64,000 nt of DNA from Balanoglossus misakiensis (GCA_040954595.2 CM082598.2:7827097-7891096); one strand, 5' to 3'; counted from the stretch's first letter, positions 27,301-42,059 are shown. Notes: generated from the letters alone by a model not told the origin. Numbers and translations: made by a program.

Positions 27301-30300
27301 GTGTTTGCATCACTATCTACCCAGATGCATCATCAACATTGCTTCGCCATTTACCCTGATGCAAAGAATCAGATTCAATGTCATCGTTGCATTAGCAATG
27401 TCATAGGTACAGTGCTTTTGGACACATATTAACCCAGGGATTTATCATCAACTTGAAATCCCCATATGCATTTAATACCCATGTCAAAGTGAAGTGTTTG
27501 CATCACTATCTACCCTGATGCATCATCAACCTTGCTTCGCCATTTACCCTAATGCAAAGAATCAGATTCAATGTCATCGTTGCATTAGCAATGTCAAAGT
27601 ACAGTGCTTTTGGACACGAATTAACCCACAGATTTTTCAACAACTTGAAGTCCCCATATGCATTTAATACCCATGTCAAAGTGAAGTGTTTGCATCACTA
27701 TCTACCCAGATGCGTCATCAACCTTGCTTCGCCATTTACCCTGATGCAAAGAATCAGATTCAATGTCATCGTTGCATTAGCAATGTCTAGGTACAATGCT
27801 TTTGGACACATATTAACCCAGGGATTTATCATCAACTTGAAATCCCCATATGCATTTAATACCCATGTCAAAGTGAAGTGTTTGCATATCTACCCTGATG
27901 CATCATAAAGCTTGCTTCGCCATTTACCCTGATGCAAAGAATCAGATTCAATGTCATCGTTGCATTAGCAATGTCAAAGTACAGTGCTTTTGGACACGTA
28001 TTAACCCAGGGATTTATCATGAGTTTGAAATCCCCATATGCATTTAATACCCATGTCAAAGTGAAGTGTTTGCATCACTATCTACCCAGATGCATCATCA
28101 ACCTTGCTTCGCCATTTACCCTGATGCAAAGAATCAGATTCAATGTCATCATTGCATTAGCAATGTCTATGTACAGTGCTTTTGGACACATATTAACCCA
28201 GGGATTTACCATCAACTTGAAATCCCCATATGCATTTAGTACCCATGTCAAAGTGAAGTGTTTGCATATCTACCCTGATGCATCATAAAGCTTGCTTCGC
28301 CATTTACCCTGATGCAAAGAATCAGATTCAATGTCATCGTTGCATTAGCAATGTCAAAGTACAGTGCTTTTGGACACGTATTAACCCAGGGATTTATCAT
28401 GAGTTTGAAATCCCCATATGCATTTAATACCCATGTCAAAGTGAAGTGTTTGCATCACTATCTACCCAGATGCATCATCAACCTTGCTTCGCCATTTACC
28501 CTGATGCAAAGAATCAGATTCAATGTCATCATTGCATTAGCAATGTCTATGTACAGTGCTTTTGGACACATATTAACCCAGGGATTTACCATCAACTTGA
28601 AATCCCCATATGCATTTAGTACCCATGTCAAAGTGAAGTGTTTGCATATCTACCCTGATGCATCATAAAGCTTGCTTCGCCATTTACCCTGATGCAAAGA
28701 ATCAGATTCAATGTCTTCGTTGCATTAGCAATGTCAAACTACAGTGCTTTTGGACACATATTAACCCACAGATTTTTCAACAACTTGAAATCCCCATATG
28801 CATTTAATACCCATGTCAAAGTGTAGTGTTTGCATATCTACCCTGATGCATCATAAAGCTTGCTTCGCCATTTACCCTGATGCAAAGAATCCGATTCAAT
28901 GTCATCGTTGCATTAGCAATGTCAAAGTACAGTGCTTTTGGACACATATTAACCCAGGGATTTATCATCAACTTGAAATCCCCATATGCATTTAATACCC
29001 ATGTCAAAGTGAAGTGTTTGCATATCTACCCTGATGCATCATAAAGCTTGCTTCGCCATTTACCCTGATGCAAAGAATCCGATTCAATGTCATCGTTGCA
29101 TTAGCAATGTCAAAGTACAGTGCTTTTGGACACGTAATAACCCAGGGATTTATCATGAGTTTGAAATCCCCATATGCATTTAATACCCATGTCAAAGTGA
29201 AGTGTTTGCATCACTATCTACCCTGATGCATCATCAACCTTGCTTCGCCATTTACCCTGATGCAAAGAATCAGATTCAATGTCATCGTTGCATTAGCAAT
29301 GTCAAAGTACAGTGCTTTTGGCCACGTATTAACCCAGGGATTTATCATCAACTTGAAATCCCCATATGCATTTAATACCCATGTGAAAGTGAAGTGCTTG
29401 CATCACTATCTACCCTGATGCATCATCAACCTTGCTTCGCCATTTACCCTGATGCAAAGAATCAGATTCAATGTCATCGTTGCATTAGCAATGTCAAAGT
29501 ACAGTGCTTTTGGACACATATTAACCCAGGGATTTATCATGAGTTTGAAATCCCCATATGCATTTAATACCCATGTCAAAGTGAAGTGTTTGCATATCTA
29601 CCCTGATGCATCATTAAGCGTAATTCGCCATTTACCCTGATGCAAAGAATCAGATTCAATGTCATCGTTGCATTAGCAATGTCAAAGTACAGTGCTTTTG
29701 GACACGTATTAACCCAGGGATTTATCATGAGTTTGAAATCCCCATATGCATTTAATACCCATGTCAAAGTGAAGTGTTTGCATCACTATCTACCCTGATG
29801 CGTCATCAACCTTGCTTCGCCATTTACCCTGATGCAAAGAATCAGATTCAATGTCATCGTTGCATTAGCAATGTCAAAGTACAGTTCTTTTGGACACGAA
29901 TTAACCCACATATTTTTCAACAACTTGAAGTCCCCATATGCATTTAATACCCATGTCAAAGTGAAGTGTTTACATCACTATCTACCCAGATGCATCATCA
30001 ACCTTGCTTCGCCATTTACCCTGATGCAAAGAATCAGATTCAATGTCATCGCTGCATTAGCAATGTCATAGGTACAGTGCTTTTGGACACATATTAACCC
30101 AGGGATTTATCATCAACTTGAAATCCCCATATGCATTTAATACCCATGTCAAAGTGAAGTGTTTGCATATCTACCCTGATGCATCATCAACCTTGCTTCG
30201 CCATTTACCCTGATGCAAAGAATCAGATTCAATGTCATCGTTGCATTAGCAATGTCATAGGTACAGTGCTTTTGGACACGTATTAACCCACAGATTTTTC

Positions 30301-33300
30301 AACAACTTGAAATCCCCATATGCATTTAATACCCATGTCAAAGTGTAATGTTTGCATCACTATCTACCCAGATGCGTCATCAACCTTGCTTCGCCATTTA
30401 CCCTGATGCAAAGAATCAGATTCAATGTCATCGCTGCATTAGCAATGTCATAGGTACAGTGCTTTTGGACACATATTAACCCAGGGATTTATCATCAACT
30501 TGAAATCCCCATATGCATTTAATACCCATGTCAAAGTGAAGTGTTTGCATATCTACCCTGATGCATCATCAACCTTGCTTCGCCATTTACCCTGATGCAA
30601 AGAATCAGATTCAATGTCATCGTTGCATTAGCAATGTCATAGGTACAGTGCTTTTGGACACGTATTAACCCACAGATTTTTCAACAACTTGAAATCCCCA
30701 TATGCATTTAATACCCATGTCAAAGTGTAGTGTTTGCATCACTATCTACCCAGATGCGTCATCAACCTTGCTTCGCCATTTACCCTGATGCAAAGAATCA
30801 GATTCAATGTCATCGTTGCATTAGCAATGTCATAGGTACAGTGCTTTTGGACACGTATTAACCCACAGATTTTTCAACAACTTGAAATCCCCATATGCAT
30901 TTAATACCCATGTCAAAGTGTAGTGTTTGCATCACTATCTACCCAGATGCGTCATCAACCTTGCTTCGCCATTTACCCTGATGCAAAGAATCAGATTCAA
31001 TGTCATCATTGCATTAGCAATGTCAAAGTACAGTGCTTTTGGACACATATTAACCCAGGGATTTATCATGAGTTTGAAATCCCCATATGCATTTAATACC
31101 CATGTCAAAGTGAAGTGTTTGCATCACTATCTACCCTGACGCATCATCAACCTTGCTTCGCCATTTACCCTGATGCAAAGAATCAGATTTAATGTCATCG
31201 TTGCATTAGCAATGTCAAAGTACAGTGCTTTTGGCCACCTATTAACCTATGGATTTACATTTAACATTAAATACCCATGTGAAAGTGCAGAGTTTGTATC
31301 ACTATCTACCCTGATGCATCATCAACCTTGCTTAGCCATTTACCCTGATGCAAAGAATCAGATTCAATGTCATCGTTGCATTAGCAATGTCAAAGTACAG
31401 TGCTTTTGGACACGTATTAACCCAGGGATTTATCATGAGTTTGAAATCCCCATATGCATTTAATACCCATGTCAAAGTGAAGTGTTTGCATCACTATCTA
31501 CCCTGACGCATCATCAACCTTGCTTCGCCATTTACCCTGATGCAAAGAATCAGATTCAATGTCTTCGTTGCATTAGCAATGTCAAAGTACAGTGCTTTTG
31601 GACACGTATTAACCCACAGATTTTTCAACAACTTGAAATCCCCATATGCATTTAATACCCATGTCAAAGTGTAGTGTTTGCATCACTATCTACCCAGATG
31701 CATCATCAACCTTGCTTCGCCATTTACCCTGATGCAAAGAATCAGATTCAATGTCATCGTTGCATTAGCAATGTCATAGGTACAGTGCTTTTGGACACAT
31801 ATTAACCTAGGGATTTATCATCAACTTGAAATCCCCATATGCATTTAATACCCATGTCAAAGTGAAGTGTTTGCATATCTACCCTGATGCATCATAAAGC
31901 TTGCTTCGCCATTTACCCTGATGCAAAGAATCCGATTCAATGTCATCGTTGCATTAGCAATGTCAAAGTACAGTGCTTTTGGACACATATTAACCCAGGG
32001 ATTTATCATCAACTTGAAATCCCCATATGCATTTAATACCCATGTCAAAGTGAAGTGATTGCATCACTATCTACCCTGATGAATCATAAAGCTTGCTTCG
32101 CCATTTACCCTGATGCAAAGAATCAGATTCAATGTCATTGTTGCATTAGCAATGTCAAAGTACAGTGCTTTTGGACACGTATTAACCCAGGGATTTATCA
32201 TGAGTTTGAAATCCCCATATCCATTTAATACCCATGTCAAAGTGAAGTGTTTGCATCACTATCTACCCAGATGCATCATCAACCTTGCTTCGCCATTTAC
32301 CCTGATGCAAAGAATCCGATTTAATGTCATCGTTGAATTAGCAATGTCAAAGTACAGTGCTTTTGGCCACCTATTAACCTATGGATTTACATTTAACATT
32401 AAATACCCATGTGAAAGTGCAGAGTTTGTATCACTATCTACCCTGATGCATCATCAACCTTGCTTAGCCATTTACCCTGATGCAAAGAATCAGATTCAAT
32501 GTCATCGTTGCATTAGCAATGTCAAAGTACAGTGCTTTTGGACACGTATTAACCCAGGGATTTATCATGAGTTTGAAATCCCCATATGCATTTAATACCC
32601 ATGTCAATGTGAAGTGTTTGCATCACTATCTACCCTGATGCATAATAAAGCTTGTTTCGCCATTTACCCTGATGCAAAGAATCAGATTCAATGTCATCGT
32701 TGCATTAGCAATGTCAAAGTACAGTGCTTTTGGACACGTATTAACCCAGGGATTTATCATCAAATTGAAATCCCCATATGCATTTAATACCCATGTCAAA
32801 GTGAAGTGTTTGCATCACTATCTACCCTGATGCATCATAAAGCTTGCTTCGCCATTTACCCTGATGCAAAGAATCAGATTCAATGTCATCGTTGCATTAT
32901 CAATGTCAAAGTACAGTGCTTTTGGCCACGTATTAACCCAGGGATTTATCATCAACTTGAAATCCCCATATGCATTTAATACCCATGTCAAAGTGTAGTG
33001 TTTGCATCACTATCTACCCAGATGCATCATCAACATTGCTTCGCAATTTACCCTGATGCAAAGAATCAGATTCAATGTCATCGTTGCATTAGCAATGTCT
33101 TAGGTACAGTGCTTTTGGACACATATTAACCCAGGGATTTATCATCAACTTGATATCCCCATATGCATTTAATACCCATGTCAAAGTGAAGTGATTGCAT
33201 CACTATCTACCCTGATGAATCATAAAGCTTGCTTCGAGATTTACCCTGATGCAAAGAATCAGATTCAATGTCATTGTTGCATTAGCAATGTCAAAGTACA

Positions 33301-36300
33301 GTGCTTTTGGACACGTATTAACCCAGGGATTTATCATGAGTTTGAAATCCCCATATCCATTTAATACCCATGTCAAAGTGAAGTGTTTGCATCACTATCT
33401 ACCCAGATGCATCATCAACCTTGCTTCGCCATTTACCCTGATGCAAAGAATCCGATTTAATGTCATCGTTGAATTAGCAATGTCAAAGTACAGTGCTTTT
33501 GGCCACCTATTAACCTATGGATTTACATTTAACATTAAATACCCATGTGAAAGTGCAGAGTTTGTATCACTATCTACCCTGATGCATCATCAACCTTGCT
33601 TAGCCATTTACCCTGATGCAAAGAATCAGATTCAATGTCATCGTTGCATTAGCAATGTCAAAGTACAGTGCTTTTGGACACGTATTAACCCAGGGATTTA
33701 TCATGAGTTTGAAATCCCCATATGCATTTAATACCCATGTCAATGTGAAGTGTTTGCATCACTATCTACCCTGATGCATAATAAAGCTTGTTTCGCCATT
33801 TACCCTGATGCAAAGAATCAGATTCAATGTCATCGTTGCATTAGCAATGTCAAAGTACAGTGCTTTTGGACACGTATTAACCCAGGGATTTATCATCAAA
33901 TTGAAATCCCCATATGCATTTAATACCCATGTCAAAGTGAAGTGTTTGCATCACTATCTACCCTGATGCATCATAAAGCTTGCTTCGCCATTTACCCTGA
34001 TGCAAAGAATCAGATTCAATGTCATCGTTGCATTATCAATGTCAAAGTACAGTGCTTTTGGCCACGTATTAACCCAGGGATTTATCATCAACTTGAAATC
34101 CCCATATGCATTTAATACCCATGTCAAAGTGTAGTGTTTGCATCACTATCTACCCAGATGCATCATCAACATTGCTTCGCAATTTACCCTGATGCAAAGA
34201 ATCAGATTCAATGTCATCGTTGCATTAGCAATGTCTTAGGTACAGTGCTTTTGGACACATATTAACCCAGGGATTTATCATCAACTTGATATCCCCATAT
34301 GCATTTAATACCCATGTCAAAGTGAAGTGTTTGCATATCTACCCTGATGCATCATAAAGCTTGTTTCGCCATTTACCCTGATGCAAAGAATCCGATTCAA
34401 TGTCATCGTTGCATTAGCAATGTCAAAGTACAGTACTTTTGGACACGTATTAACCCAGGGATTTATCATGAGTTTGAAATCCCCATATGCATTTAATACC
34501 CATGTCAAAGTGTAGTGTTTGCATCACTATCTACCCAGATGCATCATCAACATTGCTTCGCCATTTACCCTGATGCAAAGAATCAGATTCAATGTCATCG
34601 TTGCATTAGCAATGTCATAGGTACAGTGCTTTTGGACACATATTAACCCAGGGATTTATCATCAACTTGAAATCCCCATATGCATTTAATACCCATGTCA
34701 AAGTGAATTGTTTGCATCACTATCTACCCTGATGCATCATCAACCTTGCTTCGCCATTTACCCTAATGCAAAGAATCAGATTCAATGTCATCGTTGCATT
34801 AGCAATGTCAAAGTACAGTGCTTTTGGACACGAATTAACCCACAGATTTTTCAACAACTTGAAGTCCCCATATGCATTTAATACCCATGTCAAAGTGAAG
34901 TGTTTGCATCACTATCTACCCAGATGCGTCATCAACCTTGCTTCGCCATTTACCCTGATGCAAAGAATCAGATTCAATGTCATCGTTGCATTAGCAATGT
35001 CTAGGTACAATGCTTTTGGACACATATTAACCCAGGGATTTATCATCAACTTGAAATCCCCATATGCATTTAATACCCATGTCAAAGTGAAGTGTTTGCA
35101 TATCTACCCTGATGCATCATAAAGCTTGCTTCGCCATTTACCCTGATGCAAAGAATCAGATTCAATGTCATCGTTGCATTAGCAATGTCAAAGTACAGTG
35201 CTTTTGGACACGTATTAACCCAGGGATTTATCATGAGTTTGAAATCCCCATATGCATTTAATACCCATGTCAAAGTGAAGTGTTTGCATCACTATCTACC
35301 CAGATGCATCATCAACCTTGCTTCGCCATTTACCCTGATGCAAAGAATCAGATTCAATGTCATCGTTGCATTAGCAATGTCAAAGTACAGTGCTTTTGGA
35401 CACGTAATAACCCAGGGATTTATCATGAGTTTGAAATCCCCATATGCATTTAATACCCATGTCAAAGTGAAGTGTTTGCATCACTATCTACCCTGATGCA
35501 TCATCAACCTTGCTTCGCCATTTACCCTGATGCAAAGAATCAGATTCAATGTCATCGTTGCATTAGCAATGTCAAAGTACAGTGCTTTTGGCCACGTATT
35601 AACCCAGGGATTTATCATCAACTTGAAATCCCCATATGCATTTAATACCCATGTGAAAGTGAAGTGCTTGCATCACTATCTACCCAGATGCGTCATCAAC
35701 CTTGCTTCGCCATTTACCCTGATGCAAAGAATCAGATTCAATGTCATCGTTGCATTAGCAATGTAAGGGTACAGTGCTATTGGACACATATTAACCCAGG
35801 GATTTATCATCAACTTGAAATCCCCATATGCATTTAATACCCATGTCAAAGTGAAATGTTTGCATATCTACCCTGATGCATCATAAAGCTTGCTTCGCCA
35901 TTTTCCCTGATGCAATGAATCAGATTTAATGTCATCGTTGCATTATCAATGTCAAAGTACAGTGCTTTTGAACACGTATTAACCCAGGGATTTATCATCA
36001 AATTGAAATCCCCATATGCATTTAATACCCATGTCAAAGTGAAGTGATTGCATCACTATCTACCCTGATGAATCATAAAGCTTGCTTCGCCATTTACCCT
36101 AATGCAAAGAATCAGATTTAATGTCATCGTTGCATTAGCAATGTCAAAGTACAGTGCTTTTGGACACATATTAACCCAGGGATTTATCATGAGTTTGAAA
36201 TCCCCATATGCATTTAATACCCATGTCAAAGTGAAGTGTTTGCATATCTACCCTGATGCATCATTAAGCGTAATTCGCCATTTACCCTGATGCAAAGAAT

Positions 36301-39300
36301 CAGATTCAATGTCATCGTTGCATTAGCAATGTCAAAGTACAGTGCTTTTGGACACGTATTAACCCAGGGATTTATCATGAGTTTGAAATCCCCATATGCA
36401 TTTAATACCCATGTCAAAGTGAAGTGTTTGCATCACTATCTACCCTGATGCGTCATCAACCTTGCTTCGCCATTTACCCTGATGCAAAGAATCAGATTCA
36501 ATGTCATCGTTGCATTAGCAATGTCAAAGTACAGTTCTTTTGGACACGAATTAACCCACATATTTTTCAACAACTTGAAGTCCCCATATGCATTTAATAC
36601 CTATGTCAAAGTGAAGTGTTTGCATCACTATCTACCCAGATGCATCATCAACCTTGCTTCGCCATTTACCCTGATGCAAAGAATCAGATTCAATGTCATC
36701 GCTGCATTAGCAATGTCATAGGTACAGTGCTTTTGGACACATATTAACCCAGGGATTTATCATCAACTTGAAATCCCCATATGCATTTAATACCCATGTC
36801 AAAGTGAAGTGTTTGCATATCTACCCTGATGCATCATCAACCTTGCTTCGCCATTTACCCTGATGCAAAGAATCAGATTCAATGTCATCGTTGCATTAGC
36901 AATGTCATAGGTACAGTGCTTTTTGACACGTATTAACCCACAGATTTTTCAACAACTTGAAATCCCCATATGCATTTAATACCCATGTCAAAGTGTAGTG
37001 TTTGCATCACTATCTACCCAGATGCGTCATCAACCTTGCTTCGCCATTTACCCTGATGCAAAGAATCAGATTCAATGTCATCGTTGCATTAGCAATGTCA
37101 TAGGTACAGTGCTTTTGGACACGTATTAACCCACAGATTTTTCAACAACTTGAAATCCCCATATGCATTTAATACCCATGTCAAAGTGTAGTGTTTGCAT
37201 CACTATCTACCCAGATGCGTCATCAACCTTGCTTCGCCATTTACCCTGATGCAAAGAATCAGATTCAATGTCATCATTGCATTAGCAATGTCAAAGTACA
37301 GTGCTTTTGGACACATATTAACCCAGGGATTTATCATCAACTTGAAATCCCCATATGCATTTAATACCCATGTCAAAGTGAAGTGATTGCATCACTATCT
37401 ACCCTGATGAATCATAAAGCTTGCTTCGCCATTTACCCTGATGCAAAGAATCAGATTCAATGTCATTGTTGCATTAGCAATGTCAAAGTACAGTGCTTTT
37501 GGACACGTATTAACCCAGGGATTTATCATGAGTTTGAAATCCCCATATCCATTTAATACCCATGTCAAAGTGAAGTGTTTGCATCACTATCTGCCCAGAT
37601 GCATCATCAACCTTGCTTCGCCATTTACCCTGATGCAAAGAATCAGATTTAATGTCATCGTTGCATTAGCAATGTCAAAGTACAGTGCTTTTGGCCACCT
37701 ATTAACCTATGGATTTACATTTAACATTAAATACCCATGTGAAAGTGCAGAGTTTGTATCACTATCTACCCTGATGCATCATCAACCTTGCTTAGCCATT
37801 TACCCTGATGCAAAGAATCAGATTCAATGTCATCGTTGCATTAGCAATGTCAAAGTACAGTGCTTTTGGACACGTATTAACCCAGGGATTTATCATGAGT
37901 TTGAAATCCCCATATGCATTTAATACCCATGTCAAAGTGAAGTGTTTGCATCACTATCTACCCTGACGCATCATCAACCTTGCTTCGCCATTTACCCTGA
38001 TGCAAAGAATCAGATTCAATGTCTTCGTTGCATTAGCAATGTCAAAGTACAGTGCTTTTGGACACGTATTAACCCACAGATTTTTCAACAACTTGAAATC
38101 CCCATATGCATTTAATACCCATGTCAAAGTGTAGTGTTTGCATCACTATCTACCCAGATGCATCATCAACCTTGCTTCGCCATTTACCCTGATGCAAAGA
38201 ATCAGATTCAATGTCATCGTTGCATTAGCAATGTCATAGGTACAGTGCTTTTGGACACATATTAACCCAGGGATTTATCATCAACTTGAAATCCCCATAT
38301 GCATTTAATACCCATGTCAAAGTGAAGTGTTTGCATATCTACCCTGATGCATCATAAAGCTTGCTTCGCCATTTACCCTGATGCAAAGAATCCGATTCAA
38401 TGTCATCGTTGCATTAGCAATGTCAAAGTACAGTGCTTTTGGCCACGTATTAACCCAGGGATTTATCATCAACTTGAAATCCCCATATGTATTTAATACC
38501 CATGTCAAAGTGAAGTGTTTGCATCACTATCTACCCTGATGCATCATCAACCTTGCTTCGCCATTTACCCTGATGCAAAGAATCAGATTCAATGTCTTCG
38601 TTGCATTAGCAATGTCAAAGTACAGTGCTTTTGGACACGTATTAACCCACAGATTTTTCAACAACTTGAAATCCCCATATGCATTTAATACCCATGTCAA
38701 AGTGTAGTGTTTGCATCACTATCTACCCAGATGCATCATCAACCTTGCTTCGCCATTTACCCTGATGCAAAGAATCAGATTCAATGTCATCGTTGCATTA
38801 GCAATGTCATAGGTACAGTGCTTTTGGACACATATTAGCCCTGGGATTTATCATCAACTTGAAATCCCCATATGCATTTAATACCCATGTCAAAGTGAAG
38901 TGTTTGCATATCTACCCTGATGCATCATAAAGCTTGCTTCGCCATTTACCCTGATGCAAAGAATCCGATTCAATGTCATCGTTGCATTAGCAATGTCAAA
39001 GTACAGTGCTTTTGGCCATGTATTAACCCAGGGATTTATCATCAACTTGAAATCCCCATATGCATTTAATACCCATGTCAAAGTGAAGTGTTTGCATCAC
39101 TATCTACCCTGATGCATCATCAACCTTGCTTCGCCATTTACCCTGATGCAAAGAATCAGATTCAATGTCATCGTTGCATTAGCAATGTCATAGGTACAGT
39201 GCTTTTGGACACATATTAACCCAGGGATTTATCATCAACTTGAAATCCCCCTATGCATTTAATACCTATGTCAAAGTGAAGTGTTTGCATATCTACCCTG

Positions 39301-40834
39301 ATGCATCATAAAGCTTGCTTCGCCATTTACCCTGATGCAAAGAATCAGATTCAATGTCATCGTTGCATTAGCAATGTCATAGGTACAGTGCTTTTGGACA
39401 CATATTAACCCAGGGATTTATCATCAACTTGAAATCCCCATATGCATTTAATACCCATGTCAAAGTGAAGTGTTTGCATCACTATCTACCCAGATGCATC
39501 ATCAACCTTGCTTCGCCATTTACCCTGATGCAAAGAATCAGATTCAATGTCATCGTTGCATTAGCAATGTCAAAGTACAGTGCTTTTGGCCACGTATTAA
39601 CCTATGGATTTACATTTAACATTAAATACCCATGTGAAAGTGCAGAGTTTGCATCACTATCTACCCTGATGCATCATCAACCTTGCTTAGCCATTTACCC
39701 TGATGCAAAGAATCAGATTCAATGTCATCGTTGCATTAGCAATGTCAAAGTACAGTGCTTTTGGACACGTATTAACCCAGGGATTTAAAGACAACTTTAA
39801 ATCCCCCTGTAGGCATTTTATACCCATGTCAAAGTGAAGTGTTTGCATCACTATCTACCCTGATGCATCATCAACCTTGCTTCGCCATTTACCCTGATGC
39901 AAAGAATCAGATTCAATGTCATCGTTGCATTAGCAATATCAAAGTACAGTGCTTTTGGACACGAATTAACCCACAGATTTTTCAACAACTTGAAATCCCC
40001 ATATGCATTTAATACCCATGTCAAAGTGAAGTGTTTGCATATCTACCCTGATGCATCATAAAGCTTACTTCGCCATTTACCCTGATGCAAAGAATCAGAT
40101 TCAATGTCATCGTTGCATTATCAATGTCAAAGTACATTGCTTTTGGCCATGTATTAACCTGGGGATTTAGAGTCAACTTTAAATATCAATGCATATGCAT
40201 TAAATACCCATGTCAAAGTGCAGTGTTTGCATCAACATTGATCCTGATACATCATCAAGCATGCCTCACAAATTGCCCTGATGCAAAGAATTAGATTTGT
40301 CGTCACTATTTCATTAGCAATGTCAAAGTACAGTGCTTTCCGCCACGTATTAACCCAGGGATTTACAGACAACTTTAAATCCCCCTGTACGCATTTTATA
40401 CCCATGTCAAAGTGCAGAGCTTGCATCACCATCTACCCTGATGCATCAACAAGCTTGCTTCGTTATTTACCCTGATGCAAAGAATCGCATTCAATGTCAC
40501 CATTGCATTAGCAATGTCAAGTTAAGGTGCTTTTGGCTACGTATTAACCTAGGGATTTGCAGTCAACTTTAAATACCCCTGTATGCATTTTATACCCATG
40601 TTAATCTCTCTGCATGAATTTTATACCCAAGTCAAAGTGCAGAGCTTGCATCACCATTGACCCTGATGCATTATCAAGCACGCTTCACCATTTACCCTAA
40701 TGCAAAGAATCACATTCAATGTCATCGTTGCATTAGCAATGTCAAAGTACAGTGCTTTCCGCCACGTATTAACCCAGGGATTTACAGACTACTTTAAATC
40801 CCCCTATACACATTTTATACCCATGTCAAAGTGC
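9380..40834. repeat. Large tandem satellite array, 192-bp consensus monomer (variants ~175, 188, 193 bp), roughly 165 copies
   Basis: Head-to-tail unit CAGGGATTTATCATCAACTTGAAATCCCCATATGCATTTAATACCCATGTCAAAGTGAAGTGTTTGCAT(CACT)ATCTACCCTGATGCATC...GTACAGTGCTTTTGGACACGTATTAACC. It is uninterrupted and in one orientation. Monomers become divergent after about 39780. Confidence 0.99.
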
Positions 40835-40835
40835 C

Positions 40836-40880
40836 AGGGTTCGAACCCATAATCCTTTAACCACTAGACTATGACTATGT
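40836..40880 (-). promoter_or_regulatory. tRNA-like RNA polymerase III A-box/B-box remnant (SINE-head-like)
   Basis: Minus strand reads TAGTCTAGTGG (A-box-like, 40871-40861), TTAAAGGATTAT, GGGTTCGAACCC (B-box, 40848-40837), then runs directly into the satellite. The spacing is much shorter than in a tRNA. Confidence 0.5.
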
Positions 40881-42059
40881 GACAGAATGACCTTTCTGTA
40901 TGGTGCCTTGTTTAGCTCCTAGTCAGATTTCAAGAAAATGTGGAAAAGTGCAAATTAGTCTCTTTGAATTTCCAACAACTCAGTTTGTCAGCTCCCATAT
41001 CCTAGTTCTCTGACCAGTTCCCTTTCTTCTTAGATGTAACAATACTGATCACAAGACATGCAGTTGTACACTTTGCGGGAAACGTTAACAATATATGCAG
41101 ATAAGAAAAGACTTACTTGTGGGCAATTTAAACACAACATTTTGAGTAAAGTGGGTAAATAGGATTAAAGTTGCTTTATAATAGCATATCGAAAAGAATC
41201 TACTTCAATTTGTTCATTTCTGAAATTTGAGAATTTGAATATGCATGTTTTATTCGCCATATATGAACACCAATGAAAAGTTATGTTTCCAGCTTAGGTA
41301 TTGGTGGATTTGAACCACCTGACATCAGAAGACGCCTCCAGAATACCTCTAATGTGGTTGCATAATTTTCATGTGAATGTTCATAATATAGCGATTGATT
41401 AATCCCTAATTATTTTTTTTGGGGGGGGGGGAGGGGGCTGGAGGGGGCGGAGGTTCAAGTAGTATATCTTGCAGGCCAATTTGAAACAATGTGTCATGTA
41501 GTTAACCTGAAAGAAATCAATAAAAATAGTTTCTGCTGTTTTTGAAACAAGGTGTCATGTTGTTGAACTGTGACAATGGGCCAGTCAAAATAGCATCTGC
41601 AAATTATGCACACAATAGAGTGATGGGTTAGTGGGTTAAGTTTACTTTTACCTTAGCATTATATAACACACTATCGTGTACATAATCTCGCAGAGCTCTA
41701 TTATAATTGTTTTAAAATAAAGCAAGATAACTACTTGTATGATTACATATCTTATTTACGCGCCTAAAGGGCAGTTAAAAACCTCAGACCAGTTACAAAA
41801 GAGGAAAAAAAACTGTCCTCTCCTCCTCTCACCCCATGATCTAAGCTAAATTTGGAATTTGGATGGGGTGGGGAGGTTTAGCTAACCTAACATTTTCTGC
41901 CTGTCTGTCGCGTACAATGTGTCGATGCGCGAATACGATCACGGGTACCGTTGCGAGAAATTCCACCGAATAACGATGCTGACGAGTATTATCTATCTGA
42001 GAAATAATAGCATGTTATTCATAAAATATACACATTAACCAATGAATGAACCAACATGA

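Noticed and set aside
9878-40475. More than 100 near-identical ORFs (MQRIRFNVIVALAMSKYSAFGH..., MTWVLNAYGDFK...) that look like a tandem gene family
   Set aside because: They arise because the monomer is 192 bp (64 codons). Common variants are -4, +1 and -17 bp indels and stop toggles, so there is no frame preservation. Similar ORFs occur on both strands and no domain is recognisable.
1-40834. CRISPR-like array interpretation of the regular repeats
   Set aside because: There are no unique spacers, whole units are repeated, no cas genes are present and the context is eukaryotic.
9380-40834. 5S rDNA, snRNA or spliced-leader RNA tandem array
   Set aside because: I cannot recognise 5S, U snRNA or SL motifs in the monomer on either strand. 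An Rfam search would be the decisive test.
40836-40880. Functional tRNA gene
   Set aside because: It has only D-arm-like and T-arm-like motifs, with no room for an anticodon arm and no convincing acceptor stem.
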